Shown here: positions 7,859 through 15,020 of the stretch, piece by piece | Numbering within the stretch: the first letter of the stretch is position 1 | Layout: every line of letters starts with the position of its first letter | From: a virus | Lineage: Duplodnaviria; Caudoviricetes | Length of the DNA: 24,520 nt | IMG/VR virus record: IMGVR_UViG_3300020213_000110 | Location: 1-24,520 of that record | Direction: 5' to 3' (one strand) | The notes under the pieces: model-generated | Databases searched by the model: none | What the model saw: the letters and a program-made list of their open reading frames with translations, nothing else | What the model was told of the DNA's origin: nothing | Program-made: the position numbers and the translations under genes

Positions 7859-8191
7859 ATGCATGCTGAGATTAGACGCGCCATTGCGCGCGAACGGATA
7901 ACTGCTGGTGCTGGCTACGGCTTTATGGCGCTCATTCGGCCGGAGTCCTTGCCGCGCACCTGCAGCGATACCTACCGCGGGGCCCTTCCCGATCTGACGC
8001 CGACCGAGGCGGCCCTTGAGCACCGCAAAGACACCATTCGCCGCATGACCGCCGTCGAACAAGACACCGCCGCGCTGGCCGCCCTACGCCGGGGGCATCC
8101 GCACCGGGACTATAGCGGCCGGCCCCGGAGCCACCACCAGCAACGCGCGTCGCAAATGCCAAGTGCGACGCGAATAGGCGGGACGCGTTAA
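7859..8191 (+). CDS. Hypothetical protein, first gene of the rightward operon (no recognisable Cro HTH)
   Basis: ATG 7859 with GGGGGAG SD just downstream of the promoter. Confidence 0.55.
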   Translation: MHAEIRRAIARERITAGAGYGFMALIRPESLPRTCSDTYRGALPDLTPTEAALEHRKDTIRRMTAVEQDTAALAALRRGHPHRDYSGRPRSHHQQRASQMPSATRIGGTR

Positions 8192-8220
8192 ATCCACGGG
8201 CGCGTCCCGCCGACCCTTTT
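8146..8220 (+). other. Two adjacent perfect hairpins, the second followed by a short T tract (possible terminator/attenuator)
   Basis: CGCGTCGCA/TGCGACGCG (8146-8172) and GGCGGGACGCG/CGCGTCCCGCC (8177-8211), then GACCCTTTT. Confidence 0.45.
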
Positions 8221-8234
8221 GCCCGCGCAGGAGC

Positions 8235-8741
8235 ATGCCGATGAATTTTGAATCGACCGTTGCCGAAGATGTTGCGCAAGCGCTGCATCAGGGCAAAACA
8301 GAAGCGCAAACGCATGCGATGCTGCGCGCCAAGTGCGACCGCAACGGCGGGTTTCGGGATTGGCTGCTGGACCGCGCCATCCGTGCGCTGGTTGGCGAGC
8401 ACCGGCGCACGTTGCGCGCGCTGATCGTGCATCAGGAATCCGTTGCAAGGCCATTCACGGGAACGCGCCGTCAAGCGGCGGTAACAGGAACGGCGCGCCT
8501 GGTTCGCGAAACGCTGATGGACTTCCCGCTTTATGGCGGCGGCCGGCTGGGCAACGCGACGCGCGACGCGATCATGGATTCTGGCGCTGCGTTTTTGGCG
8601 CAGGGCAAAACGCAGGTCACCAATGGCAAGTGGCTACTTGCTGTTGGCGCAACGATGCCCAAGGGCGTGCGGTGCGAAGACTTTTATGCGGTGAGCAAGC
8701 TGCAGGAACTGAGAAAGGCGGCCGAACGTGCAAGCCATTGA
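8235..8741 (+). CDS. Hypothetical protein directly upstream of the guide-RNA array (candidate Tas partner)
   Basis: 168 aa, CAGGAG SD, helical and globular-looking (LMDFPLYGGGRLGNATRDAI...KWLLAVG); ends 30 nt before the array. Confidence 0.75.
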   Translation: MPMNFESTVAEDVAQALHQGKTEAQTHAMLRAKCDRNGGFRDWLLDRAIRALVGEHRRTLRALIVHQESVARPFTGTRRQAAVTGTARLVRETLMDFPLYGGGRLGNATRDAIMDSGAAFLAQGKTQVTNGKWLLAVGATMPKGVRCEDFYAVSKLQELRKAAERASH

Positions 8742-8770
8742 ATCAGCGGTGCTTGGCGCCGAAACAGAAT

Positions 8771-9414
8771 CCACGCGCAAGCGTGGTGCGCGGGTCATTA
8801 GCGTTGTGAGGCCCAAAAGTGGATTGCCCGCGCAATCTATCGCCAGCAACGGCGAGGAGTCGGCCGAGCGAATGATGCTGCCCACTGGTTGTCTGCCGAC
8901 TCCATCAATTCCAGTTGCGCGCAAGCGCAAGGCGCGGGCCGCTAGGCCGTTGGCAACCGAACCCGTCATGCCCGCGCCAACCAATACCGCCAGCGATGGC
9001 GGTGCAGCGGCCAATGGTAAGTTGGAATCCGTGCCTCCTATGCCGCTGCAGCAATCCCGTCGCAAGGCGGGCGGAGTCGGCCGCGTCCGCTTTGGTACCC
9101 TGCTGCTGGATGCCGACTCCAACCTTTCGCCGCGCAAGCGGCGTGTGCGGGCCGAAAGTAAACTGGCGCCCACGGTCGGGTTGCCCGCACAACCTATCGC
9201 CGGCCACATAAGGTTTGACGCCCAAACGTCGCCTGCCGGCGCGCCGACTCCTTCACCGGAGTCGGCAACCAATAGCGATGGCCTCCACGGAAATGCCCCC
9301 CGCACTGGTTTTGCCATCGCGCCGGCCGAAATGCCGGCAACCAATATCGGCGCCACAAGCGTCGATGGAGAGCGCCTGATTGCTGTTGACACCCACGTTT
9401 GCAATGCGCTCTCC
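8771..9414 (+). ncRNA. TIGR-like stem-loop guide-RNA array, 9 dual-spacer units
   Basis: Units at 8787-8834, 8856-8903, 8931-8978, 9003-9050, 9073-9120, 9144-9191, 9198-9241, 9275-9320 and 9367-9414. Each is a 7-9 bp stem enclosing CC-N-9nt-TG-4nt-CC-N-9nt-TG (unit 1 has TC for the first CC); stems covary and all 18 spacers differ. Confidence 0.88.
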
Positions 9415-10137
9415 GCCCATCCCGCAGTCGCTCCGCTCATCGCCGCCGGCCGCTACCGCCGCAAGTTGGCAAAAGGCCAGCAGCGAATCTTCAACGCCGT
9501 GTTCGGAATGTGTATGGAGATGACACTCGACACCAACGGCGACGTTGATAAAGCCGCCGCAGCCAAACTCAGCGCCAAGGTGATGACCGCATATCAAAGC
9601 GGCGATGACAAAGGCGACGCGGCTGTTATGGACGTGCTGATTGTCGCGGCTCCGTTTTGGGTCGGCCGGGCGCCGCTGGTTGAGGCCCAGGCGCGCATCG
9701 AAAAGCGAATGCGCGAAGACGCCCGCCTGTTGCCGGTCTGGCCGTGGGTTGAATCGGTGCGCGGCTTTGGCCCGCTGTCCTTTGCGAAGATTATTGCCGA
9801 AACCGGCGATTTGAATAATTACGCAACCGTTTCCAAAGTCTGGAAACGACTGGGCCAGGCCGTGACGGACGGCAAAACAGACCGCCGCGGAGCGCGAGGC
9901 GCCACAGCGTTCAACATCCGCGATCCGCTTATCAAGGCCCAGGGAAAATCAGAAAACGGAAACGCCGGTCCATACCGCCTTGTTTACGAATCAGCCAAGG
10001 CAAAAAAGCTGGCGGCCTTGGCGGCAGGTGAATGCACCTGGTCTCTCAAGCACATCGACGTGCACGCGCAGCGTGTCATGGTCAAGGAATTGCTGAAAAA
10101 CCTTTGGATTGAATGGCGCCGAGCGACGCGCGCCTAA
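9331..10137 (+). CDS. TasA-like Nop/IS110-Tnp-domain RNA-binding protein without nuclease domain (start uncertain; frame is open back to GTG 8728)
   Basis: Coiled-coil helices, then WVESVRGFGPLSFAKIIAETGDLNNYATVSKVWKRLG (IS110/Transposase_20-like helix-hairpin-helix) and C-terminal HAQRVMVKELLKNLWIEWRR. No DEDD RuvC, no HNH and no catalytic-Ser SG loop seen; adjacent to the array. Confidence 0.8.
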   Translation: MPATNIGATSVDGERLIAVDTHVCNALSAHPAVAPLIAAGRYRRKLAKGQQRIFNAVFGMCMEMTLDTNGDVDKAAAAKLSAKVMTAYQSGDDKGDAAVMDVLIVAAPFWVGRAPLVEAQARIEKRMREDARLLPVWPWVESVRGFGPLSFAKIIAETGDLNNYATVSKVWKRLGQAVTDGKTDRRGARGATAFNIRDPLIKAQGKSENGNAGPYRLVYESAKAKKLAALAAGECTWSLKHIDVHAQRVMVKELLKNLWIEWRRATRA

Positions 10138-10197
10138 CCACCTAATAGTTTTCACCACCGACTTTTTGCAACGCGCTGCGGCGCGAAAGGAGAAGTT

Positions 10198-10428
10198 ATG
10201 TCCAAAAATCTTACTAAGGCCGAATGCCTGTTTGCCGACCTGATGGAAGAAGCCATCGCGGACGATGAAATCACGCCAGCGGACATGACGAAAGCCGCCA
10301 TGAGGTTCGCCGCATGGCTCGCATATATGGCGGCCGGTCCGGTCATTGCCGTCGCCATGTTGGCCTCCGAACTGATCGACCTTGAACAGGCCAACGCGCC
10401 AACGGGCCTGTTGCGGGAGGCCGCATAA
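10198..10428 (+). CDS. Hypothetical protein
   Basis: AAAGGAG SD, 76 aa, TAATG overlap with the next gene. Confidence 0.7.
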   Translation: MSKNLTKAECLFADLMEEAIADDEITPADMTKAAMRFAAWLAYMAAGPVIAVAMLASELIDLEQANAPTGLLREAA

Positions 10429-10871
10429 TGGCCGCCCGTCACCTCAAGCTGGTATCGCCCGCGCCAGAGCAAGACGTTTGGGCCTTCGGGTTAGACGAGC
10501 CGGTTTACGTGCGCGAAAACGGTCAGCACGGCGTCGTTATCGCACGCACCGAATGGACCGACACATGCGAGGATTACATTGTGCGCCTGCCAACCGCAGA
10601 CGCGAAGCGCGTTGTTTTTAGTAGCTTTGACCTAGCTCCGCAGCACGGAAACTGGCCGCCTGACGCGCATAGCGACGATTGGAAATTTAGAATGGGCGCG
10701 GCCGTGTCGCTTGGCGGCGGCAAATTGCGCGGCCTGGTTATCGCCCGCACGGAGTGGGTCGACGGCCGCGAGGACTACCGCGTTCGATTCATGGCGCCAA
10801 CCGGCGATCTCGTAGAAACCAATCAACGCAGCTTTAATTTGCACACGATCGATGGAGGAGTCACGCAATGA
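10428..10871 (+). CDS. Hypothetical protein with two tandem SH3/KOW-like repeats
   Basis: Internal duplication GVVIARTEWTDTCEDYIVR / GLVIARTEWVDGREDYRVR. Confidence 0.75.
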   Translation: MAARHLKLVSPAPEQDVWAFGLDEPVYVRENGQHGVVIARTEWTDTCEDYIVRLPTADAKRVVFSSFDLAPQHGNWPPDAHSDDWKFRMGAAVSLGGGKLRGLVIARTEWVDGREDYRVRFMAPTGDLVETNQRSFNLHTIDGGVTQ

Positions 10872-11506
10872 ACTTTCATGTGGGAAATCTGGAGCCCGCC
10901 GCCGGATTCAAGGTGGGAGATCGCGTGCGGCTTAAGGAAAACGAAATCGGCGACGGTGGTGGCCGGGAGGGCGAGATTACGCAACTGGCCGACGGGGGTT
11001 GGGCTGTCGTGCTAATCGATGCGCCGTTTGACGGTTGGGGCCGCCTTGGTCGCGAGTGGGGGACGAGTACGTCCAATCTGGAGCGCGCCAGCGCACCTTG
11101 GACGTCCGCCAAATTCAAGGTTGGCGATCGCGTTACGAGTCTGGGCGACGAGGGAGTCGTCGTCAGTTTCGGGAGCGCCGGCGCTAGCGCGGCCGGCAGG
11201 ATCGCGGACAAGACACAAGACGATTGGCGCGCGGTTTGGTGCAAGTGGGGCGATGGCTCAATCGGCTGGTTGACGGAAAGCTGTCTCGAGTCGACAGCGC
11301 CAGCGCGCCACCCGCACATCGTTATCTTGACGCACCGCGGGCGGCTTTTGCCATCGGAAAATCCGCACGTTCATAACTCGCAGGAATCGGCCGAAACCGA
11401 AGCGCGCCGCCTGGCGGCAAAGGATCCCGGCAAAGAGTTCGCCGTTTACGCCCTGGTTAGCACCAGCGCAACCCGCATCCAGCCCGCTGAAACGGTTGCG
11501 GCTTAA
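10868..11506 (+). CDS. Phage protein with two FKVGDRV (SH3/KOW-like) repeats and a C-terminal EARRLA domain
   Basis: GGAGGAG SD; FKVGDRV twice; PHVHNSQESAETEARRLAAKDPGKEFAV. Confidence 0.75.
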   Translation: MNFHVGNLEPAAGFKVGDRVRLKENEIGDGGGREGEITQLADGGWAVVLIDAPFDGWGRLGREWGTSTSNLERASAPWTSAKFKVGDRVTSLGDEGVVVSFGSAGASAAGRIADKTQDDWRAVWCKWGDGSIGWLTESCLESTAPARHPHIVILTHRGRLLPSENPHVHNSQESAETEARRLAAKDPGKEFAVYALVSTSATRIQPAETVAA

Positions 11507-11556
11507 CGCAACCGTAGCCACGGCCGCGGGCAATTTCAAACCAACGAGGAGCAAAA

Positions 11557-12333
11557 ATGGCCCTTTCTCTTAAGTCATTGCGATCAGCCAAAAGCGACAA
11601 GCCGCCAATCGTTATTGCCTACGGAGTAGACGGCGTCGGCAAGACGAGCCTGGCTGCCGAATTTCCGAATCCCGTTTGCATCCAAACGGACGGCGAACGG
11701 CCGCCGCAAGACGTCGAGATTCAAACTTTTGGCGTGGCACAATCCTACGACGAAATCCTTGACGCCATCGGTGACCTTCTCACCCAGCCGCACGCGCATA
11801 AAACGCTTATCATCGACAGTTTAGATGGCGTCGAGCCGTTGGTGTGGCGCAAGACCATCGACCGGATCGGCGTCAAATCCATCGAGGACGCCGGCTATGG
11901 CAAGGGCTACGTCGAAGCGGACACGGAGTGGTGCGAATTGCTTGCGGCGCTGGGATGCTTGCGCGAAGCCGGCATCGCCGTCGTGTTGCTAGCGCATCCA
12001 GAAATCGTGCGTTTCGATTCGCCGGTGTCGGATCCGTACAGCCGGTACAACATCAAGCTTCACAAGCGCGCCAATGCGATAGTGCGCGAACGCGCAGATA
12101 TAGTCACCTTCATCAATTACCGGGTCTCGCTAAAGACCGCGGATGTGGGGTTTAACAAGAAAGTGACGCACGCAGAAGGCAGCGGCGATCGCCAAATGCA
12201 CTTCGAAGAGCGGCCGGGCTTTGTTGCCAAGAATCGTTACAGCATGCCGCCGGCCGTCTTATACAAAAAGGGCGACGGCTACACAAAAATTGCATCGTTT
12301 TTTCCACAGCCGACCGGCGTTGCGGCGGCCTAA
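11557..12333 (+). CDS. AAA_24 / Sak4-like phage ATPase (ssDNA annealing recombinase)
   Basis: YGVDGVGKT Walker A, TLIIDSLD Walker B, GYGKGY, VLLAH and AKNRY motifs. Confidence 0.88.
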   Translation: MALSLKSLRSAKSDKPPIVIAYGVDGVGKTSLAAEFPNPVCIQTDGERPPQDVEIQTFGVAQSYDEILDAIGDLLTQPHAHKTLIIDSLDGVEPLVWRKTIDRIGVKSIEDAGYGKGYVEADTEWCELLAALGCLREAGIAVVLLAHPEIVRFDSPVSDPYSRYNIKLHKRANAIVRERADIVTFINYRVSLKTADVGFNKKVTHAEGSGDRQMHFEERPGFVAKNRYSMPPAVLYKKGDGYTKIASFFPQPTGVAAA

Positions 12334-12350
12334 ACAAAGGAGTGTTGAAG

Positions 12351-13058
12351 ATGAATTTCAAAGTTGGAGATACTGTGCGGTGCATTGACACAAAAGGCCC
12401 ACCGCAGGTTAGACGTGATTGGCCATACAGTGTTTTGGGCATCGCGCCTGACGGTAGCATCTATATCGACCTGGTGCACAACGCGGCCCGCTTTGAACTT
12501 GTTAGGGCGGCGGAGCCGGCGACCAAGGCCGCAAAATTCAAGGGTGGCGACGCCGTAACGTTTACGGGCGAGTGCTCCCCCTTTTGGTGGTTTGGGCCGC
12601 ATACCGATTACAAGCATGGTGTCGTCATGGCAGAACACCCGGCCAGCGTCAAAAAATATGCGGTCACTGTGTCGAACAGCGGCCTTGTCTACATTAACGA
12701 CAACCACGCCGAACTGCGCGCACCCGAACCAGAGCGGCCTTACAAGATTGGCGACTGGGTGCGGGATGAAGATGGCGTCGTTGGCCTGGTGCTTGATGAC
12801 GACCTGGACGCTTGCGTGCCGTACTTGGTGCGCTTCCCATATGATCTGGACGGCGATTGGCACAACGAAGACGAACTGACACCCTGGGCGCCGGCTGTTG
12901 GTGACACGGTTGCCGCGGGAGGCGCCGGTGTGGTCGGAATAGTTGAGACCATCAGCGGCGACACAGCGATGGTTAGTTACACTTTGGCAAACGCCTGGAC
13001 CAGACCAATTGCCGACCTAAGGCCGGCAACCACTGCTGCCTTCGCCAAACTCACCTAA
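12351..13058 (+). CDS. Phage protein with four (F/Y)KVGD-type beta-barrel repeats
   Basis: FKVGDTV, FKGGDAV, YKIGDWV and PAVGDTV; AAAGGAG SD supports ATG 12351. Confidence 0.75.
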   Translation: MNFKVGDTVRCIDTKGPPQVRRDWPYSVLGIAPDGSIYIDLVHNAARFELVRAAEPATKAAKFKGGDAVTFTGECSPFWWFGPHTDYKHGVVMAEHPASVKKYAVTVSNSGLVYINDNHAELRAPEPERPYKIGDWVRDEDGVVGLVLDDDLDACVPYLVRFPYDLDGDWHNEDELTPWAPAVGDTVAAGGAGVVGIVETISGDTAMVSYTLANAWTRPIADLRPATTAAFAKLT

Positions 13059-13062
13059 AACT

Positions 13063-13094
13063 GCCGGCCGCCATAGCGGCCGGCCCAAACTTTT
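13063..13094 (+). terminator. GC-rich hairpin, possible weak terminator or stability hairpin
   Basis: GCCGGCCGC-CATA-GCGGCCGGC; the T tract is short and 6 nt away from the stem. Confidence 0.4.
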
Positions 13095-13122
13095 ACCACA
13101 GCATTTTTCAGCAGGAGATAAA

Positions 13123-13716
13123 ATGGCCAGCCTTGGACAGCGTTTTAACGCGGAAGATCACGACACAACGCAACGCGACTTTACGCCCGTACCAGACGGC
13201 GATTACGTTCTGGAAGTTTCTCAATCGGAAGTCGCTCCCACCAGCAACGGCAAAGGCGTCGTGATGAAGCTGGTTTATAGCGTCATCGCGCCGGAAGAAT
13301 TCAAAGGCCGAAACATCTACGACAACATCAACATCGAGCACTCCACCGCAAGGGCACAAGAGATCGGACGAGAGCACCTGGCCGCGTTGTGCCGCGCTTT
13401 GGAGTTGCCGGCGATCGAAGACAGCGACGAATTGCACTTCAAGCAGTTCGCGGCCCGCATCGGTATGGGCAAGGACTCCAAAGAACGAAACGAAGACGGA
13501 ACCGGGCCAAAGTATCCCGGCCGGCCGGAAGTGAAACGCTATTACTTCCCGGATGAAGGCGCGTTGCCCGAGGCCAAGGTTGCGGCCACAGCGCCGCCTG
13601 CTGCGGCCAACGACAACACGCCCGCGGCGTGCCCCGCGGCCAACGACAACACGCCCGCGGATCACCGGCGCGACGGCGCGCGCGGTGGCGCGCGGCCGTG
13701 GGCGAGGAGGGCGTGA
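13123..13716 (+). CDS. DUF669-family phage ssDNA-binding-like protein
   Basis: FTPVPDGDY, KGRNIYDNIN, LAALCRAL; Ala/Pro-rich tail ending RPWARRA; typical partner of Sak4-like ATPases. Confidence 0.82.
   Translation: MASLGQRFNAEDHDTTQRDFTPVPDGDYVLEVSQSEVAPTSNGKGVVMKLVYSVIAPEEFKGRNIYDNINIEHSTARAQEIGREHLAALCRALELPAIEDSDELHFKQFAARIGMGKDSKERNEDGTGPKYPGRPEVKRYYFPDEGALPEAKVAATAPPAAANDNTPAACPAANDNTPADHRRDGARGGARPWARRA
13603..13660 (+). repeat. 25-bp direct repeat x2 (period 33) encoding AANDNTPA twice
   Basis: GCGGCCAACGACAACACGCCCGCGG at 13603-13627 and 13636-13660. Confidence 0.9.
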
Positions 13717-13886
13717 TGGGCTGGCCGCAGATCGTATTTATTATCATTATGGCGATGCACGTAGGAGTGTTCGCCGCCAAGCACGGCACGCCAGTCATCA
13801 ACAAAAACTACAACGTTGGCGACGCGCTCTTCCGAGTCGTGTTCTGGTCCACGCTGCTTTGGTTCGGCGGCTTCTTTTCGCACTAA
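13716..13886 (+). CDS. 56-aa two-TM phage membrane protein
   Basis: TGATG-coupled; MGWPQIVFIIIMAMHVGVFAAKHG...LLWFGGFFSH. Confidence 0.7.
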   Translation: MGWPQIVFIIIMAMHVGVFAAKHGTPVINKNYNVGDALFRVVFWSTLLWFGGFFSH

Positions 13887-13939
13887 CCAGGCGGCCCGTT
13901 CGCGGGCCTCCTTCCTTGCACAATTTTGGGAGCTAATAC

Positions 13940-15016
13940 ATGCAAGTCGCCGTTGCCAAAAAAGACCTGGTCCAAATCCTGACCGGCACAACGCGCGTCT
14001 TGGAGGCGCGCAATACAATTCCGATCCTGGCCAACGTGTTGCTACAGGCCGCCAACGGCACACTTTCCGTGCGCGCAACCAATCTGGACATGGAAGCCTG
14101 CGCGGTCGCAGCCGCGGACGTCAAGGCGCCGGGCGCCACAACCGTTGCAGGCGCACGCCTGTTTGATATTGTGCGGCGCCTGCCAGACAGCGCTACTATC
14201 AACGCAACGCTAGGCGACGGCAGCCTTACGCTTAAATCCGGGCGATCCAGATTCGTGCTTCCGACTCTTTCGCCAGACGACTTTCCCGCGCTAAGCGGCG
14301 GCGACTTTACGCACACCTTTAGCCTGGACCTGCCGGCGCTGCTGCCTAGGGTGAAATTCGCCATCAGCAACGAAGAAACACGCTATTATCTGCGCGGCGT
14401 GTTTATGCATCAGATTGACAACGAATACCGCCTGGTCGCGACAGATGGCCATCGCCTGGCTGCTGTGAAGATCGATGTGCCAGACGGCGCGGAAGGCGTG
14501 CCGTCTGTAATCTTGCCGCGTGGCGCGATTGACGTGCTTGCAACGCTTAAGGGCGATGTTGAAATCAGCATCGCATCCACGCGAGCGCAATTCAAGTGCG
14601 ACGACTTCACGCTGATCACAAAGCTGATCGACGGCTCGTATCCAGATTACCAGCGCATTGTTCCCGCCGGTAACGATCGGATTCTTACCGTGGATATTAC
14701 CGACCTAAAGGCAGCGGTTGAGCGAGTGGCAGCGATTGGCGCAGAAGCCGGCCGCGGAATTAAATTTGGAATGGCTGCGGATAGCTTGCGGATTGAAATG
14801 AAAACCGGCAATGGCGCCGATGCAAGCGACGAACTGCCGGCGGATTATTCCGCCGAACCAATGGAGATCAAATTCAATCACAAGTATTTTCTGGAAGCCA
14901 TTAGCGCAGTTAGCGCCGAGTCGGTTGAAATCGCGATGGCCAACCCCGGCACGACCGCCATTCTGCGCGCGCCGGGATCGCGTGACTTTTCCATCATTAT
15001 GCCTATGCGGATTTAA
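13940..15016 (+). CDS. dnaN: DNA polymerase III beta sliding clamp (phage-encoded)
   Basis: RNTIPILANVL, ATNLD, ETRYYLRGV, VATDGHRLA, KLIDGSYPDY and C-terminal IIMPMRI; 358 aa. Confidence 0.95.
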   Translation: MQVAVAKKDLVQILTGTTRVLEARNTIPILANVLLQAANGTLSVRATNLDMEACAVAAADVKAPGATTVAGARLFDIVRRLPDSATINATLGDGSLTLKSGRSRFVLPTLSPDDFPALSGGDFTHTFSLDLPALLPRVKFAISNEETRYYLRGVFMHQIDNEYRLVATDGHRLAAVKIDVPDGAEGVPSVILPRGAIDVLATLKGDVEISIASTRAQFKCDDFTLITKLIDGSYPDYQRIVPAGNDRILTVDITDLKAAVERVAAIGAEAGRGIKFGMAADSLRIEMKTGNGADASDELPADYSAEPMEIKFNHKYFLEAISAVSAESVEIAMANPGTTAILRAPGSRDFSIIMPMRI

Positions 15017-15020
15017 GGCG

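Noticed and set aside
8146-8211. Additional guide units upstream of the 168-aa gene
   Set aside because: The loops are 9 and 13 nt and lack the CC-N-9-TG-4-CC-N-9-TG core, so they were kept only as generic hairpins.
8798-9040. Spacers resembling 16S rRNA segments (TAGCGTTG, ATGGTAAG, TGCCTCC)
   Set aside because: These are only 7-8 nt partial resemblances recalled from memory, and the paired spacers do not map to adjacent positions. They cannot be told from chance without a search.
8771-9414. CRISPR array or REP/BIME cluster
   Set aside because: There is no conserved 23-47 nt direct repeat and no cas1/cas2. Conservation is limited to CC/TG motifs with fixed 9-nt spacing and unit-specific stems.
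9538-9555. Self-target of unit 7 in the Tas gene (GGCGACGTT = revcomp of spacer B)
   Set aside because: The adjacent 9 nt match spacer A at only 5/9, and the same 9-mer also occurs near 18484. Single 9-mer hits are expected by chance. I saw no full 18-nt self-target, but my scan was not exhaustive.
8728-10137. IS110/IS1111 insertion sequence transposase
   Set aside because: There is no N-terminal DEDD RuvC domain or catalytic-Ser loop, the N-terminal half is the hairpin array, and the gene is embedded in a phage operon. A Nop-domain guide-binding protein fits better.
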